Notes under the pieces: generated by a model
The model's input: only the letters and a program-made list of their open reading frames with translations
Database searches by the model: none
Told to the model about the DNA's origin: nothing
Shown here: positions 17,917 through 27,088 of the stretch, piece by piece
Position numbering within the stretch: position 1 is the stretch's first letter
Layout: the number at the start of each line of letters is the position of its first letter
Program-made: the position numbers and the translations under genes
Virus record (IMG/VR): IMGVR_UViG_3300031088_000793
Source of the DNA: a virus
Taxonomy: Duplodnaviria; Heunggongvirae; Uroviricota; Caudoviricetes
Reading direction: 5' to 3' (one strand)
DNA length: 64,000 bases

Positions 17917-18531
17917 CTACTCTTCGGGATGCTCCAGCTTCACCGAGAGGCTGAATCCCCGGCCGGGGAAGGCGGCCCCGAGGAGCGCTCGAGCTCGGCG
18001 CTTTAGCAGGGGGAAGCGGCGCTCTTCGAGATCGTAGTAGGAGAAGCTCCAGACTCCGCTCTGGGACCCCGCAGCGTCGCTGTTGAGCCAGAGCTCATCG
18101 CTGAGGGGGAAGGAGCGCAGCACATCGAAGATCTGCCAGTCCTCATCCTCGGTGAGCTCCCCCGAGGTGAGCTTCACTTCGAGCTCAGCCCAGGGAGTTT
18201 CCTCGTAGGGCGGGAGCTCGCCCGCGGTGACCACGGGCACTGAGATCACTCCCTCCCGGAGGGCGATCACCATCCGATGGGTGCCGTCCTCCACTGAGCG
18301 CTGGGTGTCTGCTTCGAGGGGACCGAAGGCGCTGAGAGAGATCGGCTCTCGCCAGCCTCGCTCTCGGAGCGAGTCAGAGAGCCGGGCCATGTGCTCCGGC
18401 TCCTCAGCGTAGAGCAGATCCGCCGTGTCCTGCCAGTCGCCGTCCGGAGGGTAGACCGGGCTGTAGGCTTCTGCGATCTCGGAGACGAGCATCTCCCGAT
18501 AGCCACCGGCAGGCCTGCTGCCAGTGCTCAC
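17917..18531 (-). CDS. ParB/sulfiredoxin-like N-terminal domain protein
   Basis: L..SL...GW.EPI.L...VEDGTHR...AL..G..SVPV. Confidence 0.7.
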   Translation of the reverse strand: MSTGSRPAGGYREMLVSEIAEAYSPVYPPDGDWQDTADLLYAEEPEHMARLSDSLRERGWREPISLSAFGPLEADTQRSVEDGTHRMVIALREGVISVPVVTAGELPPYEETPWAELEVKLTSGELTEDEDWQIFDVLRSFPLSDELWLNSDAAGSQSGVWSFSYYDLEERRFPLLKRRARALLGAAFPGRGFSLSVKLEHPEE

Positions 18532-18764
18532 AGCTCGACTTCCTCCACGATGATGAGGAAGCCTCCGTCGGGGTTCCAGAAGAACTCGGGGGAGGAGTCA
18601 CTCTGAGCCAGGGACTCGATCTCAGCATCGATGGATTTCGGAAGAGTGCGCCCTCCCTCTTCGAAGCGGCCCAGGGGGAGCTTCTGCTCCGGATCGAGGA
18701 GGTAGGAGTAGGCTCGCTGGGAGCCTCCGGTCTCGCCGAGGGTGATTCGTCTGCGCTTGGCCAT
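18528..18764 (-). CDS. Hypothetical protein (78 aa)
   Basis: Start moved to MAKRRR, SD AGGAGG. Confidence 0.7.
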   Translation of the reverse strand: MAKRRRITLGETGGSQRAYSYLLDPEQKLPLGRFEEGGRTLPKSIDAEIESLAQSDSSPEFFWNPDGGFLIIVEEVEL

Positions 18765-18781
18765 GGGATGCCTCCTAGGGG

Positions 18782-19129
18782 CTAGTAGTCGAGCTCCGCG
18801 CTGTAGCGGATCCGACGGATGTTCTGCTGGAGCTCCTCTTCGAGCTCGTTGGCCCGGCGGCTCATCCAGCTGAAGGTGTCGATGACGGCCTCGATGACCG
18901 GCGCGCTGCTGGCATCGATGGCGGAGCGGTTGAGGGCGTAGCGGTCGTCCTCCGGGGAGGCGGCCACCAGCGCACCGGCGAGCATGCCGAGGCCGAACTT
19001 CGCAGCGCCGAGGTCGTTCTGCGCGACTGCGCCGCGGAAGTGGTCCTGGACGATGCCGACCTGGTAGTTCAGGGTGGCGATCTGAGCTTCGATGGAGACG
19101 ATCTGAGCCTGGGCGGTTGCGGTGTTCAT
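18782..19129 (-). CDS. Hypothetical helical protein
   Basis: Leaderless promoter TTGACA-N18-TAGGAT. Confidence 0.8.
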   Translation of the reverse strand: MNTATAQAQIVSIEAQIATLNYQVGIVQDHFRGAVAQNDLGAAKFGLGMLAGALVAASPEDDRYALNRSAIDASSAPVIEAVIDTFSWMSRRANELEEELQQNIRRIRYSAELDY

Positions 19130-19214
19130 GGTTCCATCCTACACACGGTCCGAAGTGGCTGTCAACCACAAATGTCCAATGCGATGTTTTGAATGTTGGC
19201 TACCGCCCGAGGCC

Positions 19215-19520
19215 TTAGCCAGCCTTGGGGATCTCCGCGAGCTCGAAGAGCTCATCGAGCTGGTCGCTGATGACGCCCTTGAAGTTGCAGAGCTCGTAGC
19301 CTCCGAAGATCTGTCGGAAGATCTTGATCTCAGCGCCTCGCATGTTGCTGAACCAGAACTCGTTGCTGGCCCAGGGGCCGTGGTTAGGGTTCTTGATCTG
19401 ATCGAGGCTGGTGAGCTTGTCCTCCTCGTTGAAGAAGAAGCCGAACTCCTCCATCTTGGCGAAGACCTCGTCGAGGTTGGTGAAGCTCTTGATCGGACCT
19501 GCGGGCTTGCGGCGTGCCAT
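19215..19520 (-). CDS. Hypothetical protein
   Basis: ORF with phage-like codon usage. Confidence 0.7.
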   Translation of the reverse strand: MARRKPAGPIKSFTNLDEVFAKMEEFGFFFNEEDKLTSLDQIKNPNHGPWASNEFWFSNMRGAEIKIFRQIFGGYELCNFKGVISDQLDELFELAEIPKAG

Positions 19521-19559
19521 GGGATGGCCTTTCGTTGGAGTTTGAGTGGAGGGAAGTGT

Positions 19560-19805
19560 TCAGCGCCGGTTGAGCGCTCGGAGTCGGTCGGTCTCAGCCC
19601 GGGCATGGGCCTTGAGCTTCGGCGTGCGAAGGAAGAACCAGAGCACCACGAGCGCGGTGACTCCCAGGCCGAAGCCGAGGAAGTAGAGCTGCAGGGTGAT
19701 GAGTCCCGAGAGCGCGGCGGATACCGAGAGGATTCCGATGAGGAGCGCAGCGGCGTCCTTGCCGGTGCCCTCTGCGGGGGTTCTGCTGTAGCGAGATCTG
19801 TCCAT
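19560..19805 (-). CDS. 2-TM membrane protein
   Basis: Hydrophobic helices, SD. Confidence 0.7.
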   Translation of the reverse strand: MDRSRYSRTPAEGTGKDAAALLIGILSVSAALSGLITLQLYFLGFGLGVTALVVLWFFLRTPKLKAHARAETDRLRALNRR

Positions 19806-19847
19806 GGGACTGTTCCTATCTACGGAGTGAGCTGGAGGCTGAGGGGC

Positions 19848-20174
19848 TCAGCGGACCTTGTTCCACTTGATGCTGACGAAGTTGCCCTCGGCGTCCTCGG
19901 TGATCTGCGTCTCGTACTTCTCGGGGTGGCGGTACATGTTCCTCATGCCGAGGTAGACGGTGAGGGGAGCAGCGAGGACGATGAGGGCTGCGGGGAGGAG
20001 CACGATGAGACCCAGAGCGAAGAGCCAGCCGTTGGAGTGGATGATCCCCAGCACGACAGCACCGAGGCCGGCCCAGGTCAGGAGCGTCGGAACGACCGTG
20101 AAGTATTTCCCGCTGGAGACGGGCGCAGCAGGCGCGGCGAGCTTGATGGGGGCGTTGTAGCCGGTGGTGTCCAT
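19848..20174 (-). CDS. Membrane protein
   Basis: Hydrophobic helices. Leaderless promoter TTGCGA-N17-TAGCAT. Confidence 0.75.
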   Translation of the reverse strand: MDTTGYNAPIKLAAPAAPVSSGKYFTVVPTLLTWAGLGAVVLGIIHSNGWLFALGLIVLLPAALIVLAAPLTVYLGMRNMYRHPEKYETQITEDAEGNFVSIKWNKVR

Positions 20175-20280
20175 GGGGCCATGCTACGCCATAGGGCTGA
20201 GCTTCGCAACCACAGCTTCAGTGCTGTGATCTAGAGCTGAGCCGCACAGCAATCAGAGCCCCGTGCTTGGGCTACAGTCC

Positions 20281-20382
20281 CTAGTAGTTGATCGGGAGCT
20301 GGATTCCAGTAGAGAGATCCTCCTGGATGCCGTAGCTCTCGTTCTGCCAGGCCGTGGGGCCGCCCTCAGCTGTATAGTCCAT
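20281..20382 (-). CDS. 33-aa ORF MDYTAEGGPTAWQNESYGIQEDLSTGIQLPINY coupled to HCCH protein 3, not in the ORF track
   Basis: TGATG stop/start overlap and SD AAGGAG 7 nt upstream. Confidence 0.65.
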   Translation of the reverse strand: MDYTAEGGPTAWQNESYGIQEDLSTGIQLPINY

Positions 20383-21398
20383 CAGATAGCTCCTTCGATC
20401 TTCAGCGCTTTGCCCGGGACGGGCTTCTCAGAGGTCCACTCAGTTGAGGGACCGTAGCCGCTCTCAGCCTCAGCATCTTCCTGCAGGTAGGTGGCAGCGG
20501 GGGTCTCTACTGAGCCGCCCGGAACGGAGAGAAGCACGAGCTCCTCATCCTCATCGAACTCATCTCCGAGCCAGCTCATGAGCCCCTCCTCCGCCGATGT
20601 CCTGGAGTCGAAGAGGTAGACTCGAGGAGCGTCCTCGCCCAGGGACTCGGAGCGCTCACCGATGGAGGGCTTGAGCCCGGTGGCCATGATGCTCTCCACA
20701 TCGGCCCTTCGAGCGATGTGGAAGAACTGCTCTGGCACGGGAGGGCCTGGCTGAGCTGGAGCACTGCTGAACAGCTCTGACTCTAGGGCCAGGGAGGCTA
20801 TGGTGGTTCCGTGCTTCCGAAGTACTCGATCCCGGATCACCGACTCCCAGTGGGAGCGCTCGGCCACGAAGGGGATCGGCAGCGATTGATCGTACTGAGC
20901 AGCCGTGTGGTCAAGGATGATCTCCTCACCGCCTTCGGATCGAAGGCTCAGGGCGTGATGGGACTTCTCGTCTTCGTAGACCACTGAGAGCACATCGGCG
21001 GAGTAGCCCTCAACACCGAACTGCTCAAGGAGCTCTGAAGATACCGCATGGCAGTTATTGGCGAGGAGCTCAGGGCTCTCTCGGAGCTGGGCTAGGCTGC
21101 AGTAGTCGTCCTCACTGAGGCCAGAGTGATCCGGAATCTCGATGAGCTCCTCGTAGATCTGGCCGTAGTACTCGTCGAGCACATTCTGCTCAGCTGGAGT
21201 CAGCTCTCGGAGTGGCGCTGGCGCGCTTGCAGCCTGGGGGACAGCTCCGCCCATCTGCTCTCCGTAGGCAACATCGGCATCCTGGAGCGCACCGAAGTGG
21301 CCATCTGCTCCATAGCTGCATCCTCGAGACCGGGGATTGGTCTGATCCACACTGCAGGGCCGTGGACCCTCCGGAGTGAGGTGGTAGCGACTGGCCAT
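20382..21398 (-). CDS. HCCH-module protein 3: papain-fold C-H-D domain plus ART/Tpt1-like domain
   Basis: HLTPEGPRPC..GCSYG..H, then NNC..HHAL..LDHTAAQY, then FFHIA..I..GLKP..VYLF..LVLLSV..EW. Confidence 0.75.
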   Translation of the reverse strand: MASRYHLTPEGPRPCSVDQTNPRSRGCSYGADGHFGALQDADVAYGEQMGGAVPQAASAPAPLRELTPAEQNVLDEYYGQIYEELIEIPDHSGLSEDDYCSLAQLRESPELLANNCHAVSSELLEQFGVEGYSADVLSVVYEDEKSHHALSLRSEGGEEIILDHTAAQYDQSLPIPFVAERSHWESVIRDRVLRKHGTTIASLALESELFSSAPAQPGPPVPEQFFHIARRADVESIMATGLKPSIGERSESLGEDAPRVYLFDSRTSAEEGLMSWLGDEFDEDEELVLLSVPGGSVETPAATYLQEDAEAESGYGPSTEWTSEKPVPGKALKIEGAI

Positions 21399-21424
21399 GG
21401 TAGTTCTCCCTGATTCTCGGAGAA

Positions 21425-21437
21425 CTATCTAATCGAG
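21425..21437 (-). promoter_or_regulatory. CTCGATTAGATAG motif upstream of HCCH gene 3
   Basis: Identical 13-mer at 38387-38399 upstream of HCCH gene 4. Confidence 0.6.
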
Positions 21438-21716
21438 TCAGTGCTGGAGCTGTGAGGCCTGGTAGCCAGCTTCGACCTCATCCTCGAGGCCGTGGCGCTC
21501 GATGAGCTGCTCTCGGAAGTTCGCGGTCATCTCCTTGGCCACGGCGACTCCGCTCATGGTGGGGACGAAGCTGGAGATCGCATCCACCTTCCGGCGGATG
21601 TGGCGGCCCCGGTAGAGAGTTGCCGTGCAGATGTAGCGGGTCTCGAAGCCCTCGACCTGGCGACGGATGTCGTAGCCGCGGGAGAAGCCTCGGAGGGAGA
21701 ATCGTTTGAATGCCAT
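21438..21716 (-). CDS. Hypothetical protein (92 aa)
   Basis: Leaderless TAGGAT -10. Confidence 0.7.
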   Translation of the reverse strand: MAFKRFSLRGFSRGYDIRRQVEGFETRYICTATLYRGRHIRRKVDAISSFVPTMSGVAVAKEMTANFREQLIERHGLEDEVEAGYQASQLQH

Positions 21717-21799
21717 GGGCGTATCCTATGCCCATGGGGCGCTAGAGTCAATGGTGCGAAGTGGACGCATATCGCGAGCTCACTGTGGCACTATGGCAC

Positions 21800-21949
21800 C
21801 GGCGATCTCCACTCGCCGTGGCTCAGGCCCTCTCCCACGCAGAGGGCCATCTCCGGGCAAGGTTCCTCAGAATCGTGGAGACATTTCGCTTCAGTCAGCC
21901 CTAGTACCTTGCTGCTGAGCGTGGGCAATCAGCTGTGAGAGGAAAAGAC
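21800..21949 (+). ncRNA. Structured 5' leader, diverged copy C
   Basis: Hairpins CGGCGA/TCGCCG and GGCCCTCT-cccacgc-AGAGGGCC, then GCAAGGTTC-N5-AATC as in copy A. Confidence 0.5.
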
Positions 21950-22498
21950 ATGACCATCCAGCGCAAGCAGAAGCAGGCCCTTCGAGCATTCATGGCCGAG
22001 CACGGCGTATCCTACCAGGAAGCACTGAGGCTCACCGACGGCAGGGAGATCGAGGCTACGCTCACCGGCGGCGACGGCACCACCTACTGGCTCTGGATCC
22101 GGCAGGACTCCCTGGAGCTCACCTGGCGAGTCAGCGAGACCGAGAGCGCTACCTGTGTGGGCTCACTCTGGCGCTGGATGACGGGGAGCTACCCCGGCGA
22201 TCCCAGCTTCGAAAGCTCTCGGCCCCTCTACTCAGCTGACGGCAGAGTCCAGTCAGCTGCCGGCTCAGAGTCCCTCCACGCGGAGATGCCCTGGCTCCCT
22301 GCCTCTGTGGCCGCTCAGGTCCGGGAGTACATCCTCCGGGCTTTGCCCAACTGGAGCAGCTACAGCAGCTCAACCCTGGAGGCTCAGGCGCGCATCCTGA
22401 CCGGCAAGGATGGTGGCTCATCTGCCTACCTCCTCGAGCTGCTACCCCGAGAGCTCCCCGAGCCAGTGCTGATCTCAGAGGCAGACTTCGAGCGCTGA
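21950..22498 (+). CDS. MT..K..(L/I)R..M..G..Y-module protein 1, unknown C-terminus
   Basis: MTIQRKQKQALRAFMAEHGVSYQEALR. SD GAGGAA. Confidence 0.8.
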   Translation: MTIQRKQKQALRAFMAEHGVSYQEALRLTDGREIEATLTGGDGTTYWLWIRQDSLELTWRVSETESATCVGSLWRWMTGSYPGDPSFESSRPLYSADGRVQSAAGSESLHAEMPWLPASVAAQVREYILRALPNWSSYSSSTLEAQARILTGKDGGSSAYLLELLPRELPEPVLISEADFER

Positions 22499-22590
22499 GC
22501 AGCGCTCAGGAACAGCGGTACTTCTCCGAGGAAAGCGACTGCCTCGCATCGTTTAGCACAAAGCACCATCCTCGGAGAAGTGCCCGCTCG

Positions 22591-22669
22591 CTCGCCAGGA
22601 ACGCAGCCTAGAGCGTCGACTAAGCCGACGCTCTAGCGTGCGCGTTGAGACTGCCAGGAGCTGCCTCAG
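22591..22669. repeat. Intergenic hairpin element, copy 1
   Basis: 70/79 identity to 44815-44893. 11-bp stem CTAGAGCGTCG/CGACGCTCTAG flanked by direct GCCAGGA repeats. Confidence 0.85.
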
Positions 22670-22753
22670 AGACAGTCCTCCTAGAACGACTTTCCGGCCC
22701 TAGGATTCAGCTCAGCAGCCGAGCTCAGTTTGAGGGGTCGAGCAGCCAGCGAG

Positions 22754-23047
22754 CTAGAGCTCAGGCTGCTCGACATCGAACTCTCTGTAGAACCAGGCCA
22801 CCACCGGAGGCGGTCCGCTGATGGTGAGTCGCTCCCAGAGAGCTCTCTCGCCCTCGACTCTCCGGCTGTAGACCACCACAGCTCCGTTGGTCCGAGCCAT
22901 AGCTGCTCTCTCAAGGGTCCGGGGCTCATCCTCCAGGGGCATGTCGAGTACGCCCATGGTTGCCGTTGTGATGGTGGAGCCCTTCCTGTAGGCATCCATG
23001 ATCTGGTCCGCGACCTCTGTCATGGTCATGGAGGGTTCTTCAGCCAT
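22754..23047 (-). CDS. Hypothetical protein
   Basis: Overlaps the upstream stop. Confidence 0.7.
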   Translation of the reverse strand: MAEEPSMTMTEVADQIMDAYRKGSTITTATMGVLDMPLEDEPRTLERAAMARTNGAVVVYSRRVEGERALWERLTISGPPPVVAWFYREFDVEQPEL

Positions 23048-23912
23048 TGTCGGCTCCTCGGATGATCAGCGAGGGGAGCCAGCCGGAGCCCTTGATCCAG
23101 TCTAGGATCTCCTGGTGGCTGCGGGGCTTGTCGTCTCCAGCTCCAAGGTATCGACGGGGCGCCATGGAGATCCGATCTGCGAGGTGCTCAGCGCTGGGGC
23201 AGACCTCGGTCAGGGGAGAGCCCTCGGAGACGGTCTCCCAGAGCTGCCAGCCCTCACCCTCGGGGAGTGCCTTGGGCTCCCAGGCCTCAGCCTCGGCGCG
23301 CTGGCCGGGGTAGCGCTCCAGGGAACCCTCGCCGTGGCAGGTCGAGCAGACATAGGGCACGCCCTCGCGCTCTGCTCGGTTCCTGATGCAGACTCCCGAG
23401 TTGATGCCGTCGTGGCCGAAGCCGAAGAGGCTCCAGCTGTTGACCTCGGCAGCTGTGGGCACCTTGGAGTTCTCCTTCGCCACCCAACCCGTGCCTGGGA
23501 TGAAGTCCTTGGTGAAGTCCCAGAGTCGCTCTTCGGCCACCAGGGCATCCACATCGGCCTGGCTCAGGTGGTGGCTCCAGGAACTGTTCCAGATCTCGGT
23601 GATCCGCACAGCCTCCCGGTAGAGCGCAGCCGGCCCAGTGCCGTAGTACTCAGGACTCGACTCGAGCTGACGGCGAGCCCAGGCCTGGGCCTCCTCGCCC
23701 TCGGGGAGGAAGGGAGTCGAGCCCATGGAGGCAGGATCGAAGGGTACCTTGCCGTACCACTCGTCGTAGAAGAACTGTGCCTCGTCACTGTAGCCGAGCT
23801 CACAGTCGTCGCAGCGGACACCGTTGAGCCGCTCGGGGAACTCGTAGCCGTCCCAGACCTTGCCGAGGGGCCAGCTGAAGTCCAGGGGGACCCTGCGCAC
23901 TTCCCGGGACAT
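23040..23912 (-). CDS. Phage-type protein with a CxxC...CxxCxG Zn site
   Basis: MSREVRRVPLDFSWPL..CDDC..CSTCHGEG..GEGWQLWETVSEGSP. Confidence 0.8.
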   Translation of the reverse strand: MSREVRRVPLDFSWPLGKVWDGYEFPERLNGVRCDDCELGYSDEAQFFYDEWYGKVPFDPASMGSTPFLPEGEEAQAWARRQLESSPEYYGTGPAALYREAVRITEIWNSSWSHHLSQADVDALVAEERLWDFTKDFIPGTGWVAKENSKVPTAAEVNSWSLFGFGHDGINSGVCIRNRAEREGVPYVCSTCHGEGSLERYPGQRAEAEAWEPKALPEGEGWQLWETVSEGSPLTEVCPSAEHLADRISMAPRRYLGAGDDKPRSHQEILDWIKGSGWLPSLIIRGADNG

Positions 23913-23914
23913 GG

Positions 23915-24325
23915 CTACTTCTTCCCGGCCTTGGCCGCCAAGGAGTTCACGGCGTGCTCGATCTGCTCGGAGATGAAGCCCTCGGGCATCTTCTCCTTGT
24001 GCTTGCCCCGCATGAGGCCCGTCGCAGCGACGGTGCGGAGCCGGTACTCGATCTCCTGTGCGAGCTGCTCCCGGGAGACCACGAAGGAGCCCTCGGGGAT
24101 CAGCGCGATGAGCTTGTCCTTGTGGGCGCTGAGGAGGTGGGTTTCGGCCGCAGCCCGGGCCTCGGCCTCGTTGCCGCAGGTGCCGAAGCTGTCCTCGTGC
24201 TCCCGGCAGTAGCTGTGGAAGAGCTGCTCGGTCTCGGGGTAGGTCTGGTGGAACTCACCGATGTAGGTCGGCGCTCCGGCCGGGCCCACGGCGATCTTGC
24301 GCTGGGTCATCAGCTCTGTGCTCAT
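23915..24325 (-). CDS. Hypothetical protein
   Basis: ACAGATG start with SD. Confidence 0.75.
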   Translation of the reverse strand: MSTELMTQRKIAVGPAGAPTYIGEFHQTYPETEQLFHSYCREHEDSFGTCGNEAEARAAAETHLLSAHKDKLIALIPEGSFVVSREQLAQEIEYRLRTVAATGLMRGKHKEKMPEGFISEQIEHAVNSLAAKAGKK

Positions 24326-24372
24326 CTGTCTGTCTCCTTGGATCTGAGGTTGGATGTGGCGGTGGGGAAGAT

Positions 24373-24699
24373 CTATCGGGGCTCGGTGGGGGCAGGCGTC
24401 TCGCCGAGCCGGAGCACCCGGCCGTTGGCGTAGGGGCCGAAGACCTGGCGCATCATGGCCTCGGGAGTCGAGCGCTCGTACTCCATCGAGCTGTAGTAGC
24501 CTCCGCTGGAGGTGAGGTCTTCGAGGTGGAGCCAGTCTCCGGAGGGTGTACGCTTGTAGAGGTCGCCGTAGATCTCGACCACCGTGGAGACAGGAGCGTT
24601 GGCAAAGAACTCCGCTGCGCTCTCGGCGGGGATCAGGGGGAGCGCGGGCACTGCGAAGAGTGCGGCGGTCTCGGGCGAGAGCTTGAAGTCGATGTCCAT
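24373..24699 (-). CDS. Hypothetical protein
   Basis: Leaderless TAGCAT promoter. Confidence 0.75.
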   Translation of the reverse strand: MDIDFKLSPETAALFAVPALPLIPAESAAEFFANAPVSTVVEIYGDLYKRTPSGDWLHLEDLTSSGGYYSSMEYERSTPEAMMRQVFGPYANGRVLRLGETPAPTEPR

Positions 24700-24816
24700 G
24701 GGTCTATGCTACACGGTATTCCGAAGACCGCAACCGCCTTCTTTGCCAACGGCAAAGGCCGGACAGTCCCGAGGGATCATCCGGCCTTTGCTCAGCATTC
24801 CGCAGGAGCTTCGGTG

Positions 24817-25065
24817 TTACTCTCCGAAGTCGCCGAAGACGGCCTCGGTCTCAGCAGCTCCGCTCAGAGCGAAGAGGGACTCCTTGAAAGCCTCCAGGAG
24901 CTCCTTGGTCTCGGCGATGCGGTCGGCGAGGTCGGGGGAAGCGATCTCCTCTGCGGAGACGAGCGCTCGCTCGACGGCGGGGAGCTCTCTAAGCGCCAGC
25001 TTGATGTGCTCGGCGCTGATCTGGGCGGTGGTGATGGTCTCTGTTGTCATGGATTCGGTGGCCAT
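24817..25065 (-). CDS. Hypothetical helical protein
   Basis: SD GGAGG. Confidence 0.7.
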   Translation of the reverse strand: MATESMTTETITTAQISAEHIKLALRELPAVERALVSAEEIASPDLADRIAETKELLEAFKESLFALSGAAETEAVFGDFGE

Positions 25066-25131
25066 TGGGTTCCTCCTGGGATGCGGTGTAGCACCACACT
25101 ACACGGATTCCAGCTCAGCGCAACCGCTCTC

Positions 25132-25410
25132 TCAGACCTGGCGAGTGAGCTCCAGCTGGCCGTCGATGAGCGCATCCACGGGAACCCAGCTCCGAGCGTT
25201 GCTGAACCAGGTGGAGCTGTAGCCGTCGAGCCTCGAGGGCACAGCGAGGAACTCAGTTCGGACGGCGACAGCCCGGAAGAGCACGCTGTCGCCCGAGGGC
25301 TGAGTTCGGAATCGCTCAGCGCCCAGAGCTGCGAAGCGAGCGGGGAGGAGAGGGCGGCTGAGCGTTGCTTCCCGGAGCGCGGGGTTGGAGATCGTGTCGC
25401 TGTTGTTCAT
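25132..25410 (-). CDS. Hypothetical protein
   Basis: ORF with a -10-like element upstream. Confidence 0.65.
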   Translation of the reverse strand: MNNSDTISNPALREATLSRPLLPARFAALGAERFRTQPSGDSVLFRAVAVRTEFLAVPSRLDGYSSTWFSNARSWVPVDALIDGQLELTRQV

Positions 25411-25479
25411 GGTGCTACTCTAACCCATCGCTCCGGGGTAGTCAAATTGGGCATGTGAAATGACAGATGCTCTCAGTTG

Positions 25480-25797
25480 CTAGATCTTGCTGAGCAGCGT
25501 GGTGCCCAGGATCTCCATGACTTTGAGCTGAGCGGCCTCGTCGAAGCCCTGCTCCTTGAGCCCACTGAGCACATCGTCCGCCACGGAGGTGAGGCCGTGG
25601 TAGTTCTCGTTCTCAAGCTCTGAGCCGATGAGCTCAGCGAACTCGTCGGGAGTGGCCTCGGAGATGGGCGTGACCAGAGCCTCCTCCTCGGTGATGCCCT
25701 CCTCATCGAGGAAGTACTTCAGGTCGGCCCTGTCGATGATGAAGCGGCCCTCGCTGCCACTGCGCTGGAAGAGTACCTTGCGGTCAAATAGGCTCAT
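25480..25797 (-). CDS. Hypothetical acidic protein
   Basis: Start moved to MSLFDRK. Confidence 0.7.
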   Translation of the reverse strand: MSLFDRKVLFQRSGSEGRFIIDRADLKYFLDEEGITEEEALVTPISEATPDEFAELIGSELENENYHGLTSVADDVLSGLKEQGFDEAAQLKVMEILGTTLLSKI

Positions 25798-25810
25798 GGG
25801 AAGCTCGCTC

Positions 25811-26887
25811 TCAGTTCTCGGTGGTCTCGGGGGTGGACTTGGCCTCGGAGGCTGCCGCCTGGGCAGCCTTCCGGATGCGATCCAGCTCCTCCCGGCGCTC
25901 GACGGCAGCGCTGAGGAGCTTCTCGTAGTCCTCGGAGGGAGTGAGGAGAGGGTCGAGGCCCTGATCCTCGAGCTCCGTGGCGGAGACCACGAAGGTGCTG
26001 GGGTTGCGGTAGCCGGTGGCGTAGGGAAGGATCCCGATGGCATCCAGGGGCCGGTAGCTCTCGGAGCCATCGTCGGCGAGGATGACGAGGAGTTCCTGGG
26101 GCTTCTCGAAGGGCCGGTCGTCCCTGTCGTTGAGCGAGGACCAGGTAGCGCTGATGACTTCCTTCAGCTTGACCCGGCTCGCCACGGGCTTCTCAGAGGA
26201 TCGGCTGGCCACGGTCGTGGGGCTGAGCTGGGGGACCATGGCGAGGATGAGCTCGTGGCCGGGGACGAGCTCGCTGGGATCGTGGATGGCGAAGCCCCTG
26301 AGCTCATCGAGGTGGACCGGCGCAGGCGCCAGCGCGTCGTAGCCATCGGAGTCGCTGCCGTCCGAGTAGGAGTCGGAGTAGTAGTCGTAGTAGATGTCAT
26401 CGCTGGGGAAGATCACGACCTGATCGTTGTGCTCGGCCAGGGCCTGAGCGTACTCCTCGGTGACCTCGAAGACGGGAGTGAGGCCCTTCTCCTCGAGCTC
26501 CGAGAGCAGCACCGTGAAGTTGACCCGGTTGTAGAAGCCAGTCTCCGGGCTGTAGGGATCCACACCGGCATCCGTGGTGTAGCGGTAGCTCTCGATGCCC
26601 TCGATGTCCGATCCCTTGCCGTGCTGGTAGAAGATCACCGGCTTGGGGTCGGTCTCGATGGGCTCCTTCACGGCGGGGTGAAGCTCAGCGAAGGTGGCTT
26701 CCTTGACCTCGATCACCGTGGCGAAGTTGGCGGAGGTCCACTGCCTGCCGCCATCGGACTCGAAGGCTCCCAGCTCGGATGCATGGACGAAGATCACTTC
26801 GGTGCCGGGCTTGAGCTTCGAGGCGTCTCTGAGAGCGTACTCTCGGAGCTCGTCGAGGTGGATGATGGTCTTGGTGGCCTCGGCCAT
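25811..26887 (-). CDS. Protein with two internal repeats of a predicted beta-barrel domain
   Basis: LDELREYALRDASKLKPGTEVIFVH and LDELRGFAIHDPSELVPGHELILAM. Third copy in 27654..28139. Confidence 0.8.
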   Translation of the reverse strand: MAEATKTIIHLDELREYALRDASKLKPGTEVIFVHASELGAFESDGGRQWTSANFATVIEVKEATFAELHPAVKEPIETDPKPVIFYQHGKGSDIEGIESYRYTTDAGVDPYSPETGFYNRVNFTVLLSELEEKGLTPVFEVTEEYAQALAEHNDQVVIFPSDDIYYDYYSDSYSDGSDSDGYDALAPAPVHLDELRGFAIHDPSELVPGHELILAMVPQLSPTTVASRSSEKPVASRVKLKEVISATWSSLNDRDDRPFEKPQELLVILADDGSESYRPLDAIGILPYATGYRNPSTFVVSATELEDQGLDPLLTPSEDYEKLLSAAVERREELDRIRKAAQAAASEAKSTPETTEN

Positions 26888-27088
26888 GGTTTACTCCTAG
26901 GGGAGATTTCTGCTGAAAGATGAGGTAGAGCTTCGGAGCTATCCTATGTGTTCGATGGCAGGCCTGTCAACGGTCTGTGATCAGCCGTCGGTGAGCGATG
27001 GTAAGCCAGCCTCTAGGGCCATCGGCTCTGCGGAGCATGGATGCGCTCATCCTAGAGCTCCTCGGCTGTGGGAGGCAGGCTCAGAGCC

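Noticed and set aside
17917-18531. parABS partition locus
   Set aside because: A ParB-like N-terminal domain only, with no HTH and no adjacent ParA.
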